DNA of 64,000 nucleotides from Alloprevotella sp. (GCA_052272595.1 DAVZJV010000001.1:1616-65615), one strand, 5' to 3'; shown: positions 1 through 9,598, counted from the stretch's first letter. Notes: generated by a model not told the origin, from the sequence alone. Translations and numbers: made by a program.

Positions 1-1401
1 ATCTTATGCACCATCGGCGTCGTCGCCCTGCTCCTCGTTGCCGCCCTGCTGACATGGCTCTTCATGCCCGTCAGCTACGACCACTACGTACCCGACCAGG
101 CCAAGGCCGTCATCCGGCTCGACCTCAGCGCCGAGAAGGGGGCGAAGACTCCCCCCAAGGGCCTGACCGCCATACTCCAAAGCCTCACGGGATCACCCAA
201 CTTGCCCGACGGCGTAGACTACGCCAAGCCCCTCTACGCCTTCATCACCCCCAACGAATACGTAGGAATCGCACTGCCACTCGACGACCGCAATGCCTTC
301 ACGGCCTACGCCCGGCGCCTCGCCGTCCGCGGCACGGCCCTAGCACCCGAAGCGTCTGACGGCCGGCAGTGGATGTGGCTCAAGAGCGGATGGCTCATGG
401 CCTGGACCCGCAGGGGCGCACTCATCCTGGGCCCCGGGCTAGAGAGCGAACGCGACGTGCTCCGCCAGACGATCAGCCAGCTACTCGACGGCAATCATCC
501 CTTTACCGACACGCCGGCCTATGATTGTCTGAGCAGAGACAAGAGTCCGCTGAGCCTCTTCGCAACGCTCGATGCGCTGCCCACCCCCTACAATCTACTG
601 ACGCGGCTGGGCATTCCTGCCGACACCGACCCTTCTGCTGTAGCGCTCTACGCCAATGTCAGCGGCCAGTCCGCAGCAGCCGGCGAGACCTTCGTCAACT
701 GCCGTCTTCAGAGCGAGAATGTCGACATCACCGCTGCCATCAAGCACTACCAGGCCGCTACGCCCGGCCTGCCCCCCTCGGCCCTCACGCCCTCAGACTC
801 GGCCTTGCTCTACCTCGCCACCTCGATCAAGGGGAGCGACCTGACCGCACTTTTCGCCACCGACGCCACGATGCGAGGTCTCTTGCTAGGCCTTGACCAA
901 GCCTTCGAAGCACGCAAGATGCTCAGCACCTCCAGCGGACTCGTCACGCTCGAAATCAGCTCTTTAGGAAAGGACTTCGCCCCCACCTTCGTTCTCAAGG
1001 CCGATAACGCGCGCCCCGACCTCTTCGCCGCCGCTCCTGACTGGATCGAGAGTGCCCGCCGCAAGGCTGACGTCACGCTCACCCGACAGGGTCCCGAAGC
1101 CTTCACCCTCTCCTCAAGCGAGCGTACGCTTATCTTCGGACGCCAGCCGGGGCGCAGCGTGATCTACTTTGCCTCGCCCTCCATGCGCACGGCCGCGCTC
1201 GCTCCCCGCCTCAAGGCCCAGTCCGACAAACGATCCGATGCACCCATCGTCAGCGTGAGCATCGACCTCCGCCGACTCTTCTCACAGCCCGCCCTCAAAG
1301 GCAGTGCGGCCGGCAATCTCTTGCGCATCCTGCTGCCGGCTAGTGACCGCCTTACCTATACTGCCACTAGAGACCAGAAGGCTCAGCTGCGACTTAAATA
1401 A
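1..1401 (+). CDS. hypothetical membrane-anchored protein, 5' end cut by the window edge (possibly DUF4836-like)
   Basis: Frame 1 is open from nt 1. The residues before the first Met of ORF 64..1401 (ILCTIGVVALLLVAALLTWLF) form a TM/signal-anchor helix, so the true start lies upstream of the window. No catalytic motif recognised. The family guess rests only on the anchor plus soluble-domain architecture. Confidence 0.6.
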   Translation: MLCTIGVVALLLVAALLTWLFMPVSYDHYVPDQAKAVIRLDLSAEKGAKTPPKGLTAILQSLTGSPNLPDGVDYAKPLYAFITPNEYVGIALPLDDRNAFTAYARRLAVRGTALAPEASDGRQWMWLKSGWLMAWTRRGALILGPGLESERDVLRQTISQLLDGNHPFTDTPAYDCLSRDKSPLSLFATLDALPTPYNLLTRLGIPADTDPSAVALYANVSGQSAAAGETFVNCRLQSENVDITAAIKHYQAATPGLPPSALTPSDSALLYLATSIKGSDLTALFATDATMRGLLLGLDQAFEARKMLSTSSGLVTLEISSLGKDFAPTFVLKADNARPDLFAAAPDWIESARRKADVTLTRQGPEAFTLSSSERTLIFGRQPGRSVIYFASPSMRTAALAPRLKAQSDKRSDAPIVSVSIDLRRLFSQPALKGSAAGNLLRILLPASDRLTYTATRDQKAQLRLK

Positions 1402-1452
1402 AGTGTCAATCTCCATAAGGCTTAACTAGTCAATTTCATCAATCAACAACCG

Positions 1453-2097
1453 ATGCAAACCATTACGCTCACCGATGTTCTCCCCCACGTCTTCGCTCAG
1501 CGCGACGACCTCAAGAGCGACGTGTGGCGCCAGCGCGTCACCTTTGAGAAGGGACGCACCTACCTCGTCGAGGCCATGTCCGGTACCGGCAAGTCAACAC
1601 TCTGCGCCTACATTCTCGGTTATCGCCACGACTATACCGGCACGCTAACATTCGACCAGACCGATACGCGCACCCTCAGCATCTCCCAATGGGTTGAGAT
1701 CCGCCAACGCAGTGTCAGCCACCTCTTTCAGGAGCTGCGCCTCTTCCCCGAACTCACTGCATTTGAAAATGTCAAAATCAAGAACGACCTCACAGGTTTC
1801 CAGTCGCAAGAGCGCATTACGGAGTGGTTCGAGCGCCTCGGCATCGCCGACAAGCTCAACGCCAAGATCGGACTCATGAGCTTCGGACAACAGCAACGCG
1901 TCGCCATGATCAGGGCGCTCTGCCAGCCAGCCGACTTCCTCATCGTCGACGAACCCATCAGCCACCTCGATGACCACAACTCTGCCGTCATGGCCCAGAT
2001 CATGATGGAGGAGGCCCGACGCCAAGGCGCCGGCGTCATCGTTACCTCTATCGGCAAACATATGCAGCTGGCCTACGACGCTACCCTACACCTCTAA
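1453..2097 (+). CDS. ABC transporter ATP-binding protein
   Basis: 214-aa ORF with Walker A (SGTGKST), ABC signature (SFGQQQR) and Walker B (FLIVDEP). Confidence 0.9.
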   Translation: MQTITLTDVLPHVFAQRDDLKSDVWRQRVTFEKGRTYLVEAMSGTGKSTLCAYILGYRHDYTGTLTFDQTDTRTLSISQWVEIRQRSVSHLFQELRLFPELTAFENVKIKNDLTGFQSQERITEWFERLGIADKLNAKIGLMSFGQQQRVAMIRALCQPADFLIVDEPISHLDDHNSAVMAQIMMEEARRQGAGVIVTSIGKHMQLAYDATLHL

Positions 2098-2134
2098 CCC
2101 TCTATTTGCCCAACCCCACCACACAACTCCCGCG

Positions 2135-3334
2135 ATGTCGCTTATCTGGAAACTCCTTCGTCAGCACATCAGCCTACCCCAGTTTGCAGGCTTCTTCTTC
2201 GCCAACCTCTTCGGCCTCTGGGTCGTCATGCTCGGCATACAGTTTTACCGTGATATTGTACCCCTCTTCACAGAGGAAGACACGTTTATCAACGACAGCT
2301 ACCTTGTCGTCTCCAAGCACATCAGCACCGTCGGCACCCTCTCGGGGCGCAGCAACGCCTTTCTTCCCTCCGACATTGCCGACATCGCCCGCCAACCCTT
2401 CTGCCGCCGCGTAGGAGCCTTCACCTCCTCGCAGTATAAGGTCTCCGCCGCCCTCGGCATGAAAGGCTCTGAGCCGCTTACGACGGAGATGTTTTTCGAG
2501 GCCGTGCCCGACGAATTCGTCGATGCCCCGCGTGACCGCTGGACCTACACGCCGGGCTCCGAGGAAGTGCCGGTCATCCTGCCCCGCACCTACATCGCCC
2601 TCTACAACTTCGGCTTCGCCCAGTCGCGCGGGCTGCCCAAGGTCAGCGATGGGCTGGTCGGCATGATCGACATGCAGATCTTCATCAACGCCAACGGCCG
2701 CCATGCCCGCTTCCGGGGAAAGGTGCTCGGATTCTCCAGCAGACTCAACACCATCCTCGTGCCCCAAACCTTTATCGATTGGAGCAACGCCACCTACGAG
2801 CCGGGCAAAGTCGATGATCCCTCGCGCATCATACTCCGCGTCGACAACCCCACCGACACGCGCATCGCTCAGTATATGCAGCACCACGGCTACGACGTCG
2901 AAGACAATAAGCTCGCAGCCGGCAAGACGACCTACTTCCTCAAGGTCGTCGTGGGCATGGTCATGCTCGTGGGACTGCTCGTGAGCATCCTCTCGTTCTA
3001 TATCCTCATGCTCAGCATCTATCTCCTCGTGCAGAAGAACACGCAGAAGCTCCAAAACCTCCTGCTTATCGGCTACAGCCCGAAGCGCGTGAGCCGTCCC
3101 TATCAGTTGCTGACGATGGGGATGAACGCCGCAACCCTTCTGCTGGCCTTCCTGCTCATGCTCGCCGTGCGCGCTTATTATACAGCGATCATCTCGCTCA
3201 TTTTCCCCACCATGCGCGGCGCCAGCCTCTTGCCTTCCTTCCTCACCGGTCTGGGCATCTTCATCCTCATCACCATCGTCAACAGCCTCGCCATCCGTGC
3301 CAAGGTGATGAACATCTGGCGTAACCGCGAATAG
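2135..3334 (+). CDS. ABC transporter permease, FtsX/MacB-type topology
   Basis: 399-aa ORF 38 nt downstream of the ATPase. It has one N-terminal TM helix, a large soluble loop and three C-terminal TM helices (e.g. VVGMVMLVGLLVSILSFYILMLSIYLLV). Confidence 0.8.
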   Translation: MSLIWKLLRQHISLPQFAGFFFANLFGLWVVMLGIQFYRDIVPLFTEEDTFINDSYLVVSKHISTVGTLSGRSNAFLPSDIADIARQPFCRRVGAFTSSQYKVSAALGMKGSEPLTTEMFFEAVPDEFVDAPRDRWTYTPGSEEVPVILPRTYIALYNFGFAQSRGLPKVSDGLVGMIDMQIFINANGRHARFRGKVLGFSSRLNTILVPQTFIDWSNATYEPGKVDDPSRIILRVDNPTDTRIAQYMQHHGYDVEDNKLAAGKTTYFLKVVVGMVMLVGLLVSILSFYILMLSIYLLVQKNTQKLQNLLLIGYSPKRVSRPYQLLTMGMNAATLLLAFLLMLAVRAYYTAIISLIFPTMRGASLLPSFLTGLGIFILITIVNSLAIRAKVMNIWRNRE

Positions 3335-3386
3335 CCAGCCTTTTTCCTCCCAGTCCGCAACCGCCTACACCGATCAGCCCATCACT

Positions 3387-4922
3387 ATGCTCACCGACCT
3401 CTACACCACCTATACAGGCCACGCCCCGGCCAACGAAACCAAGCTCAGCGCTGCCGGGAGCAACCGACGTTACACCCGCTACACAGCCCCTGACGGCTCC
3501 ACCCTCATCGGAGCTTATGGAGCCAACGTGGATGAGAACCGAACCTTCTGCCGGCTCGCACGCCACTTCGGTTCCATGGGCCTGCCCGTACCTGAAATCT
3601 ATGCTCTGAGCGATGACGGGCACTGCTACCTTCAGGAAGACCTTGGTTCCTATTCACTCTACGACGCCCTGCGCCCCTCACGCGAGGGCGGCAACTATGA
3701 CAAGGCCGCCGAAACCCTCCTCACCCGCACCATCCGCCTGCTGCCCCACCTACAGGTGAACGGTGCCCGAGGACTGGACTTCGACGACATCTGCCTGCCT
3801 CCCCAGAGCTTTGACCGGCAAGCGGCGATGTTTGATCTCAACTACTTCAAATACTCCTACCTGAAGACCACCGATTTGCCCTTCGACGAAGTGCGTCTCG
3901 AGGCTGATCTACAAAATTTTGCAGCCGATCTGGCGGGAGACGGGACACAGGCCGGGGCATCTACGGAAGCCGACGGTACGGAGCAGCTCGCGACCTTTCT
4001 CTACCGCGACTTCCAAGCCCGCAATGTCATGCTGCGCCACGGCGACAAACCTTTCTTTATCGACTTCCAAGGGGGCCGTCGCGGTCCGCTCCACTACGAC
4101 CTCGCCTCCTTCCTCTACCAGGCCTCCGCACACTACCCGCAGTCCCTGCGCGAGCGACTCCTGACGGCCTATCTCGACGAACTCTCAAGCCTCGTCCCCG
4201 ACTTGCGCCCCGAGGCCTTCCGCAAGAAGCTCACGCGCTTCATACTCTTCCGCATGATGCAGGTGCTCGGTGCCTACGGCCTGCGCGGCCTCTTTGAGCA
4301 CAAGCCCTACTTTCTCAAGAGCATACCGCCTGCCCTGCACACGATTCGCGAGCTTGTCACCCTGCGCCACGCGGCCGAGCCCTACCCCTACCTAGCGCAC
4401 GTCCTGACCGAGATGGCCTCTCTCACGCAGACCGCCACAGCTGTCACTACTACAGCCCCCGCAGCGGCCCCCGCGACGATCCCCGACAGCGCCACACACG
4501 CTCATCCCAGCCTCGTCGTGCGCGTCTACAGCTTCAGTTACAAGAAAGGCATACCCGACGACCCCAGCGGCAACGGGGGAGGCTACGTCTTCGACTGTCG
4601 GGGCGTTCACAATCCCGGACGCTATGACCGCTACAAGCCCTTGACGGGCCTCGACCGCCCCGTAATCGATTTCCTTGAGGCCGATGGCGAGATTCTCTCC
4701 TTCCTCGACTCGGTCTACGCCCTTGCCGATGCCCATACGGCCCGCTACATCGAGCGAGGCTTCACCAGCCTCATGTTCTCATTCGGCTGCACCGGCGGAC
4801 GTCACCGCAGCGTCTACTCCGCAGAACACCTAGCCCGGCACCTCAACGAACGCTTCGGTATCGAGGTGCGCATCAACCATATCGAGCAAGGCATTGCCCG
4901 CACCCTCCCCCCGCGAAGCTGA
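3387..4922 (+). CDS. two-domain protein: APH/AmgK-like phosphotransferase (aa 1 to about 345) fused to a RapZ C-terminal-like domain (aa 375-511)
   Basis: N-terminal half has kinase-fold motifs (GSNRRYTR, LYRDFQARNVML, FIDFQGGRRGPLHYDLASFL). An Ala/Thr/Pro-rich linker follows. The C-terminal part matches RapZ C-domain hallmarks (VRVYSFSYKKGIP, YVFDCRGVHNPGR, PLTGLD, FGCTGGRHRSV). No P-loop is present. Confidence 0.8.
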   Translation: MLTDLYTTYTGHAPANETKLSAAGSNRRYTRYTAPDGSTLIGAYGANVDENRTFCRLARHFGSMGLPVPEIYALSDDGHCYLQEDLGSYSLYDALRPSREGGNYDKAAETLLTRTIRLLPHLQVNGARGLDFDDICLPPQSFDRQAAMFDLNYFKYSYLKTTDLPFDEVRLEADLQNFAADLAGDGTQAGASTEADGTEQLATFLYRDFQARNVMLRHGDKPFFIDFQGGRRGPLHYDLASFLYQASAHYPQSLRERLLTAYLDELSSLVPDLRPEAFRKKLTRFILFRMMQVLGAYGLRGLFEHKPYFLKSIPPALHTIRELVTLRHAAEPYPYLAHVLTEMASLTQTATAVTTTAPAAAPATIPDSATHAHPSLVVRVYSFSYKKGIPDDPSGNGGGYVFDCRGVHNPGRYDRYKPLTGLDRPVIDFLEADGEILSFLDSVYALADAHTARYIERGFTSLMFSFGCTGGRHRSVYSAEHLARHLNERFGIEVRINHIEQGIARTLPPRS

Positions 4923-4936
4923 CGCCCCTTCGACAG

Positions 4937-5020
4937 GAGCCGCCTGCTAGAAATTCCGAGCCGCCTTCTGGAAAATCCGAGCCGCCTGCTAGAATTGCCG
5001 CCACGCCCGCTAGTATCGCC
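4937..5020 (+). repeat. tandem array of about four 21-nt units (GAGCCGCCTKCTRGAAAWTCC), degenerating 3'
   Basis: Units at 4937-4957, 4958-4978 and 4979-4999, with a degenerate unit at 5000-5020. The array lies between the stop codon at 4922 and the terminator at 5056. The same family recurs at 29392-29472. Confidence 0.85.
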
Positions 5021-5055
5021 ACGCCTCTTTCTTCCGGACCGCCATGCTAACCCAT

Positions 5056-5092
5056 AGCCCTCACACCGCCTATTCGATGTGAGGGCTTTTTC
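5056..5092 (+). terminator. intrinsic terminator
   Basis: AGCCCTCACA (5056-5065) pairs with TGTGAGGGCT (5078-5087), followed by a T-run. Confidence 0.7.
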
Positions 5093-5166
5093 ATGCTCCT
5101 ATCGGGGAAATACCCCCACGATACCAAAAAATCCCCCCGATGCTTTGCAAAGAGACAATTTTACTT

Positions 5167-5174
5167 TACATTTG
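5167..5174 (+). promoter_or_regulatory. candidate Bacteroidota -7 promoter box (TACATTTG)
   Basis: Matches the TAnnTTTG consensus about 80 nt upstream of the ATG at 5254. Confidence 0.35.
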
Positions 5175-5253
5175 CCCCGCACAATGAGTGCACCGAAGCC
5201 AGAACATTGCCTAAATAGCAAACATACAGCAACATCTACAGCTACCCTCTCAT

Positions 5254-6810
5254 ATGAAGAAAACAAAACTCATCACCGCCACCATGCTGGCCCTCCTCAC
5301 GGCGGGCACGCCCCTGACGGCAGACGATGTGGTCAAGCTGACCACGGCGGGCTCAACGGGTGAAAAGGTCACCCTAGAGCTCAACAGCCACAAGAAGGGC
5401 TTCACGGTCGACTGGGGTGACGGCACTCCCGTCACGGTCACTCCGACCGCCGGCAGCGACGTGACGACCCTCACCGGCACGCTCAAGGGCAAGGTCATCA
5501 CCCTCACCGGCGCCAAGATCACGACCGTCATCTGCCCCTCGCTCAACCTGACAGCCATCGACGTCACCGGAGCCCCCAACCTCCTCTCGCTCTACTGTCA
5601 GGACAACAAGCTCAAGACGCTCGACCTGACGCACAACGCCAAGCTCTCTGACCTCAACTGCGCCCGCAACGCCATCTCGACGCTCAAGGTCAGCACCGAC
5701 GCCAACCCCATCCTGCAGAACGTCATCGCCTCGTCTAACGGCATGAAGACGCTCGCCGCCTCAGGCTCTGGCTTCGCCCTCAACAACGGCGCCCTGCAGT
5801 ATGTCGACCTGAGCGACAACAAGTTTACGAGCATCTCGCCGGGCGTCTCCAACACAAGCCTCGACGCCCTCATCGCCGGCGGCAACGAGATCGCCCGCCT
5901 CGACGTCTCCAAGGCCGAAGCCCTCACCGTGCTCATGGCCCAGGACGGCGGCAAGCTCGCCACCCTCTCAACCCCCACGGCCGGCCTCACGCAGCTCCGC
6001 CAGGCATTCCTCGACGGCAACGTCCTGACGACCGTCAGCTTCGACGCAAGCACCAAGCTCCAGTATCTCTCCCTGAGCAACAACAAGCTCACCATGGTGG
6101 GCTTCCCCGCCAAGACTGAGCTCTACGCATTGGCATGCGGCGGCAATGCCCTCACGCCGGCATCGCTCCCCTCTGCTAGCCAACAGCCCGTCCACATGAG
6201 CTACTTGCCCCAGACCGAGACCATCAATATTTCTTCAGCGCTCAAGAAGGATAAAAACGGGTACTACACGCCCCTCGCACCCTCATACACAGACCGCACC
6301 GACGAGAGCTACTTCGTAGATCTCTCACCCTGGGCACTCGACCCCGACGGCAACCGCAACGCTATCACTTTCACCTACTACGGACGCAATGACGGATATT
6401 CTGACTATACCGAGCTGACGAAGGCCTCTGCCTCTAACAAAGAGGGTGACTACTTCCCCCAGACGAGTAACAAGAACTTCGGCAACGTCACCTTCCTCAA
6501 GCCCTTCGGCGACGTCTATGTCAAGGTGACCTCAAAGACCTACCCCGACCTCGTGCAGACCACGACCCACTTCCGTACCGGTAAAGACACCCAGACCGGC
6601 ATCGAAGGTGTCACCGTCGATCCCGCAGACGGTCTGAGCGTCAGCGTCAGCAGCGGCTACCTCGTGCTCACCGCCACGGCCGAGCAGACCGTCACGGTCT
6701 ACGCCATCGACGGCAAGGCCACTTGGAAGGGCAAAGTCGGCTCAACGCCCGTCAGCGTCAGCCTGCCCCACGGCGCCTACATCGTAGCCGGCAAGAAGGT
6801 CATCCTCTAA
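5254..6810 (+). CDS. leucine-rich-repeat surface protein with a T9SS C-terminal sorting domain
   Basis: Signal peptide (MKKTKLITATMLALLTAGTPLTA). Repeated units of about 22 aa follow (LxxLxCxxNxLxxLDL). The C-terminus (VTVYAIDGKATWKGKVGSTPVSVSLPHGAYIVAGKKVIL) has the shape of a T9SS CTD. Confidence 0.85.
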   Translation: MKKTKLITATMLALLTAGTPLTADDVVKLTTAGSTGEKVTLELNSHKKGFTVDWGDGTPVTVTPTAGSDVTTLTGTLKGKVITLTGAKITTVICPSLNLTAIDVTGAPNLLSLYCQDNKLKTLDLTHNAKLSDLNCARNAISTLKVSTDANPILQNVIASSNGMKTLAASGSGFALNNGALQYVDLSDNKFTSISPGVSNTSLDALIAGGNEIARLDVSKAEALTVLMAQDGGKLATLSTPTAGLTQLRQAFLDGNVLTTVSFDASTKLQYLSLSNNKLTMVGFPAKTELYALACGGNALTPASLPSASQQPVHMSYLPQTETINISSALKKDKNGYYTPLAPSYTDRTDESYFVDLSPWALDPDGNRNAITFTYYGRNDGYSDYTELTKASASNKEGDYFPQTSNKNFGNVTFLKPFGDVYVKVTSKTYPDLVQTTTHFRTGKDTQTGIEGVTVDPADGLSVSVSSGYLVLTATAEQTVTVYAIDGKATWKGKVGSTPVSVSLPHGAYIVAGKKVIL

Positions 6811-6886
6811 CCCGGGACCACACCGCTATGGCATCTCTCTTAAGCACACATCTCTCTCCCAACACACGAAAATCTCTCATATCATA

Positions 6887-9598
6887 ATGAAAGAGCATCA
6901 CATAAGGAAGGCCCTCGCCCTCACGCTTATGTCCGTGGGTCTCACGGCCTTCACGCCGACGATGGCACAGGCGCCCCTCCCCAAGGACGCCTACCCCGTC
7001 ATTGTCGCCCCTCACAATCAGACGGTCAGCTACCGCGAACGCACACTCTGCTTCGAGTTGACGACCAACGTTGACTTCACCGCCACCACTCAGGCTGACT
7101 GGATCAGCGTGAGGAAGGGGGCCGGTTCAACCGTCTACGTACACCTCGCTCAAAACGGAGCCTCTACATCACGTCAGGGTACCGTCACCTTCGCCAATGC
7201 CGACAAGGGCATCAGCGAGACCCTCACCATCACCCAGGGCCGCGACGAGAGCATCGAAGACCTCACCGCCGACACCAAGGTCAAGGTGACCTCCGTCAAG
7301 GCTGCCGACAAAAACGGCAACACCAGTGCCATCAGCCAGCCGGGCAACCCCGCCACCAACATGATCGACGGCGACTACTCGACCATGTGGCATACGAACT
7401 GGAACAACCTCTTCAACGTGACGGAGAGCAACCCCGCCGTGCTGACCTTCACCTTTACCGGCGTCAAGCACATCGACTACATCAACTACGTAACCCGCAA
7501 CAGCGGCGGCAACAACGGCAACTTCCTCAAGGTCGAGGTCTACGTGCGCAAGACCGGCATGAAGGCCGACTCGCTCGTCACCACCTCTGAGATGGCCGGC
7601 TCACAGGGCACCTACCGCATCGACCTGGGCAAGACGGGCATCGACGACCCCACCCAGATCGTCATGAAGGTGCTCTCAGGCTCCAGCGACCAGAGCGACA
7701 AGAGCTTCGCCTCCTGCGGCGAGATGGAGTTCTACGTCGACAACCGCAAGGATATCTTCGGCAGCGTGTTTGCTGACGAGGCACTCACTACGCTCAAGGA
7801 AGGCGCGACGCAGGCCGACATCGACAAGATCAGCGACGAGTATGTGGCCTCCATCGCCCAGCTCCTCTTCGACGGCAAGTATGACAAGGCCTACCGCGTC
7901 GGCAAGTATAAGGCCGTGCTCAGCCCGCAGACCCAGTCAGACCTGTGGAACGCTCCCGGCAAATATTACGACCAGACTCAGGGCGTCACGGGTATCAACA
8001 TCTCTAAGGGTAAGCATGCCATCGCCGTGAGCGGCCTCGCCGACGGTCAGACCCTACCCCTGACGGTCGTGGCATGGTATGTCGGCAAGATGGGCAGCAA
8101 CTTCGACGGTGGCAACCCCGAGAGCCAGAACTTCCAGCTGCGCAACGGTCTCAACGTCATCGACTACACGCAAGACTATGACGGTCTGGCCTACGTCTGC
8201 TACTACGCTGACGCCAACCCCGAGCTCCAGCCCGAGGTGACCGTACACTTCATCAATGGTCAGGTCAACGGCTACCTCTCGCTTGACAAGACCAACGAAG
8301 AGATGCACGATCTCATCGCCAAGGCCCCCAACCTCTGTATGGACGTAGTCGGCACACACGTACACAGCGTATGGTCGACCAACGGTATCAACGGCAAGTA
8401 CTCCAAGGGCCTCTTAGGCGCTTGCGTGGCCGAGGACGGCACCTCACTGGGCTACCGCCAGTTCATGCACGTGCTCGACTCCCTCGTCATCTGGGAGCAC
8501 AACCTCCTGGGCTTCGCCAAGTATAACCGCCTGCCCGACAACCGCACGATGGCCTACGTCAACTTCACCTACTACATGTTCCAAGGTGGCCGCGGCGTCT
8601 CCTTCATCGTAAGCGAGGAGAACCGCGTGCTCTCTTGCCGTCAGCTCATCGATAACGATAACGACGCCATCTGGGGTCTCTCTCACGAGTGGGGCCACCA
8701 GCACCAGATGCACCCCTACTTCTGCTGGGCAGGTATGGGAGAGGTCACCAACAACATGAACTCCTACTACAACATCATGCGCATGGGCTATCGCACCTCT
8801 GACAAGATCGCCCAATGGAAGCCCGCACGCCAGCACTTCATCGATGAGAAATACCTCGACATCACCCCGAGCGGTACGGGCAAGGTAGGCAACCTCAACA
8901 GCAACATGCGCTCACTGGCCTATAAGAACGCCTCTGAGACGAGCTACAGCAAGCCCCTCCAAGACTTCGTGCTGACGATGAAGGATTCACTCATCCGCCA
9001 GCCCAAGGTCAACGAGGCCCTCGCCCTCTCAATCAATGAGGTCGGCGTAGGCGAAATCCTCTGCCCCTTCGTCAAGCTCTATGCTTACTTCACGACCCAC
9101 GGATTCCCCGACTTCGCTCCCGACTGGTACGAAAGCCTCCGTCAGAACGATGACGAAAACGGTTCGCAGATCGAGAAGCAAGGCGCCGTTGACAAGTACG
9201 AGCTCATCGCTTCTGCCCAGAACGGCAACAAGAACGGCAAGTACGCCCTCTTGGCTAAGAACTACCCCAACAGCGTCTGGGTGAAGAACAACTACGTGCG
9301 CGCCAACAGCACGACCTGGCAGAACTCTATGCCTTACGTGCTCAACTTCATCCGCAAGACCTCTCGTCTCTCTGGCTACAACCTCGTGCCTTACTTCGAG
9401 AAGTGGGGCTTCCTCCGTCGTGTAGCACTCCTCATCGGCGACTACGGCAACAAGTGGATCATCCTCACCCCCGACATGTACGACGAGTTCGTCAAGGACA
9501 TGGACGCCCTCAACCTCAAGCCCGTAAGCGACCAGATGGTCAAGGAGATCAGCAACACGCCTGAGATGTTCCAGACCCGTCCGACTTTCCCCAACTAA
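6887..9598 (+). CDS. M60-like (enhancin-type) zinc metallopeptidase with N-terminal BACON-like and F5/8 type C (discoidin) domains
   Basis: Signal peptide without a lipobox Cys. BACON-like segment (DWISVRKG...GTVTFANADKGISETLTITQ). Discoidin-like segment (NMIDGDYSTMWHTNWN). HEXXH zinc site in GLSHEWGHQHQ. No T9SS CTD recognisable at the C-terminus. Confidence 0.8.
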   Translation: MKEHHIRKALALTLMSVGLTAFTPTMAQAPLPKDAYPVIVAPHNQTVSYRERTLCFELTTNVDFTATTQADWISVRKGAGSTVYVHLAQNGASTSRQGTVTFANADKGISETLTITQGRDESIEDLTADTKVKVTSVKAADKNGNTSAISQPGNPATNMIDGDYSTMWHTNWNNLFNVTESNPAVLTFTFTGVKHIDYINYVTRNSGGNNGNFLKVEVYVRKTGMKADSLVTTSEMAGSQGTYRIDLGKTGIDDPTQIVMKVLSGSSDQSDKSFASCGEMEFYVDNRKDIFGSVFADEALTTLKEGATQADIDKISDEYVASIAQLLFDGKYDKAYRVGKYKAVLSPQTQSDLWNAPGKYYDQTQGVTGINISKGKHAIAVSGLADGQTLPLTVVAWYVGKMGSNFDGGNPESQNFQLRNGLNVIDYTQDYDGLAYVCYYADANPELQPEVTVHFINGQVNGYLSLDKTNEEMHDLIAKAPNLCMDVVGTHVHSVWSTNGINGKYSKGLLGACVAEDGTSLGYRQFMHVLDSLVIWEHNLLGFAKYNRLPDNRTMAYVNFTYYMFQGGRGVSFIVSEENRVLSCRQLIDNDNDAIWGLSHEWGHQHQMHPYFCWAGMGEVTNNMNSYYNIMRMGYRTSDKIAQWKPARQHFIDEKYLDITPSGTGKVGNLNSNMRSLAYKNASETSYSKPLQDFVLTMKDSLIRQPKVNEALALSINEVGVGEILCPFVKLYAYFTTHGFPDFAPDWYESLRQNDDENGSQIEKQGAVDKYELIASAQNGNKNGKYALLAKNYPNSVWVKNNYVRANSTTWQNSMPYVLNFIRKTSRLSGYNLVPYFEKWGFLRRVALLIGDYGNKWIILTPDMYDEFVKDMDALNLKPVSDQMVKEISNTPEMFQTRPTFPN

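Noticed and set aside
4937-5020. Possible CRISPR array
   Set aside because: The 21-nt units are directly abutting with no spacers. They are too short for CRISPR repeats, and no cas genes are present in the window.
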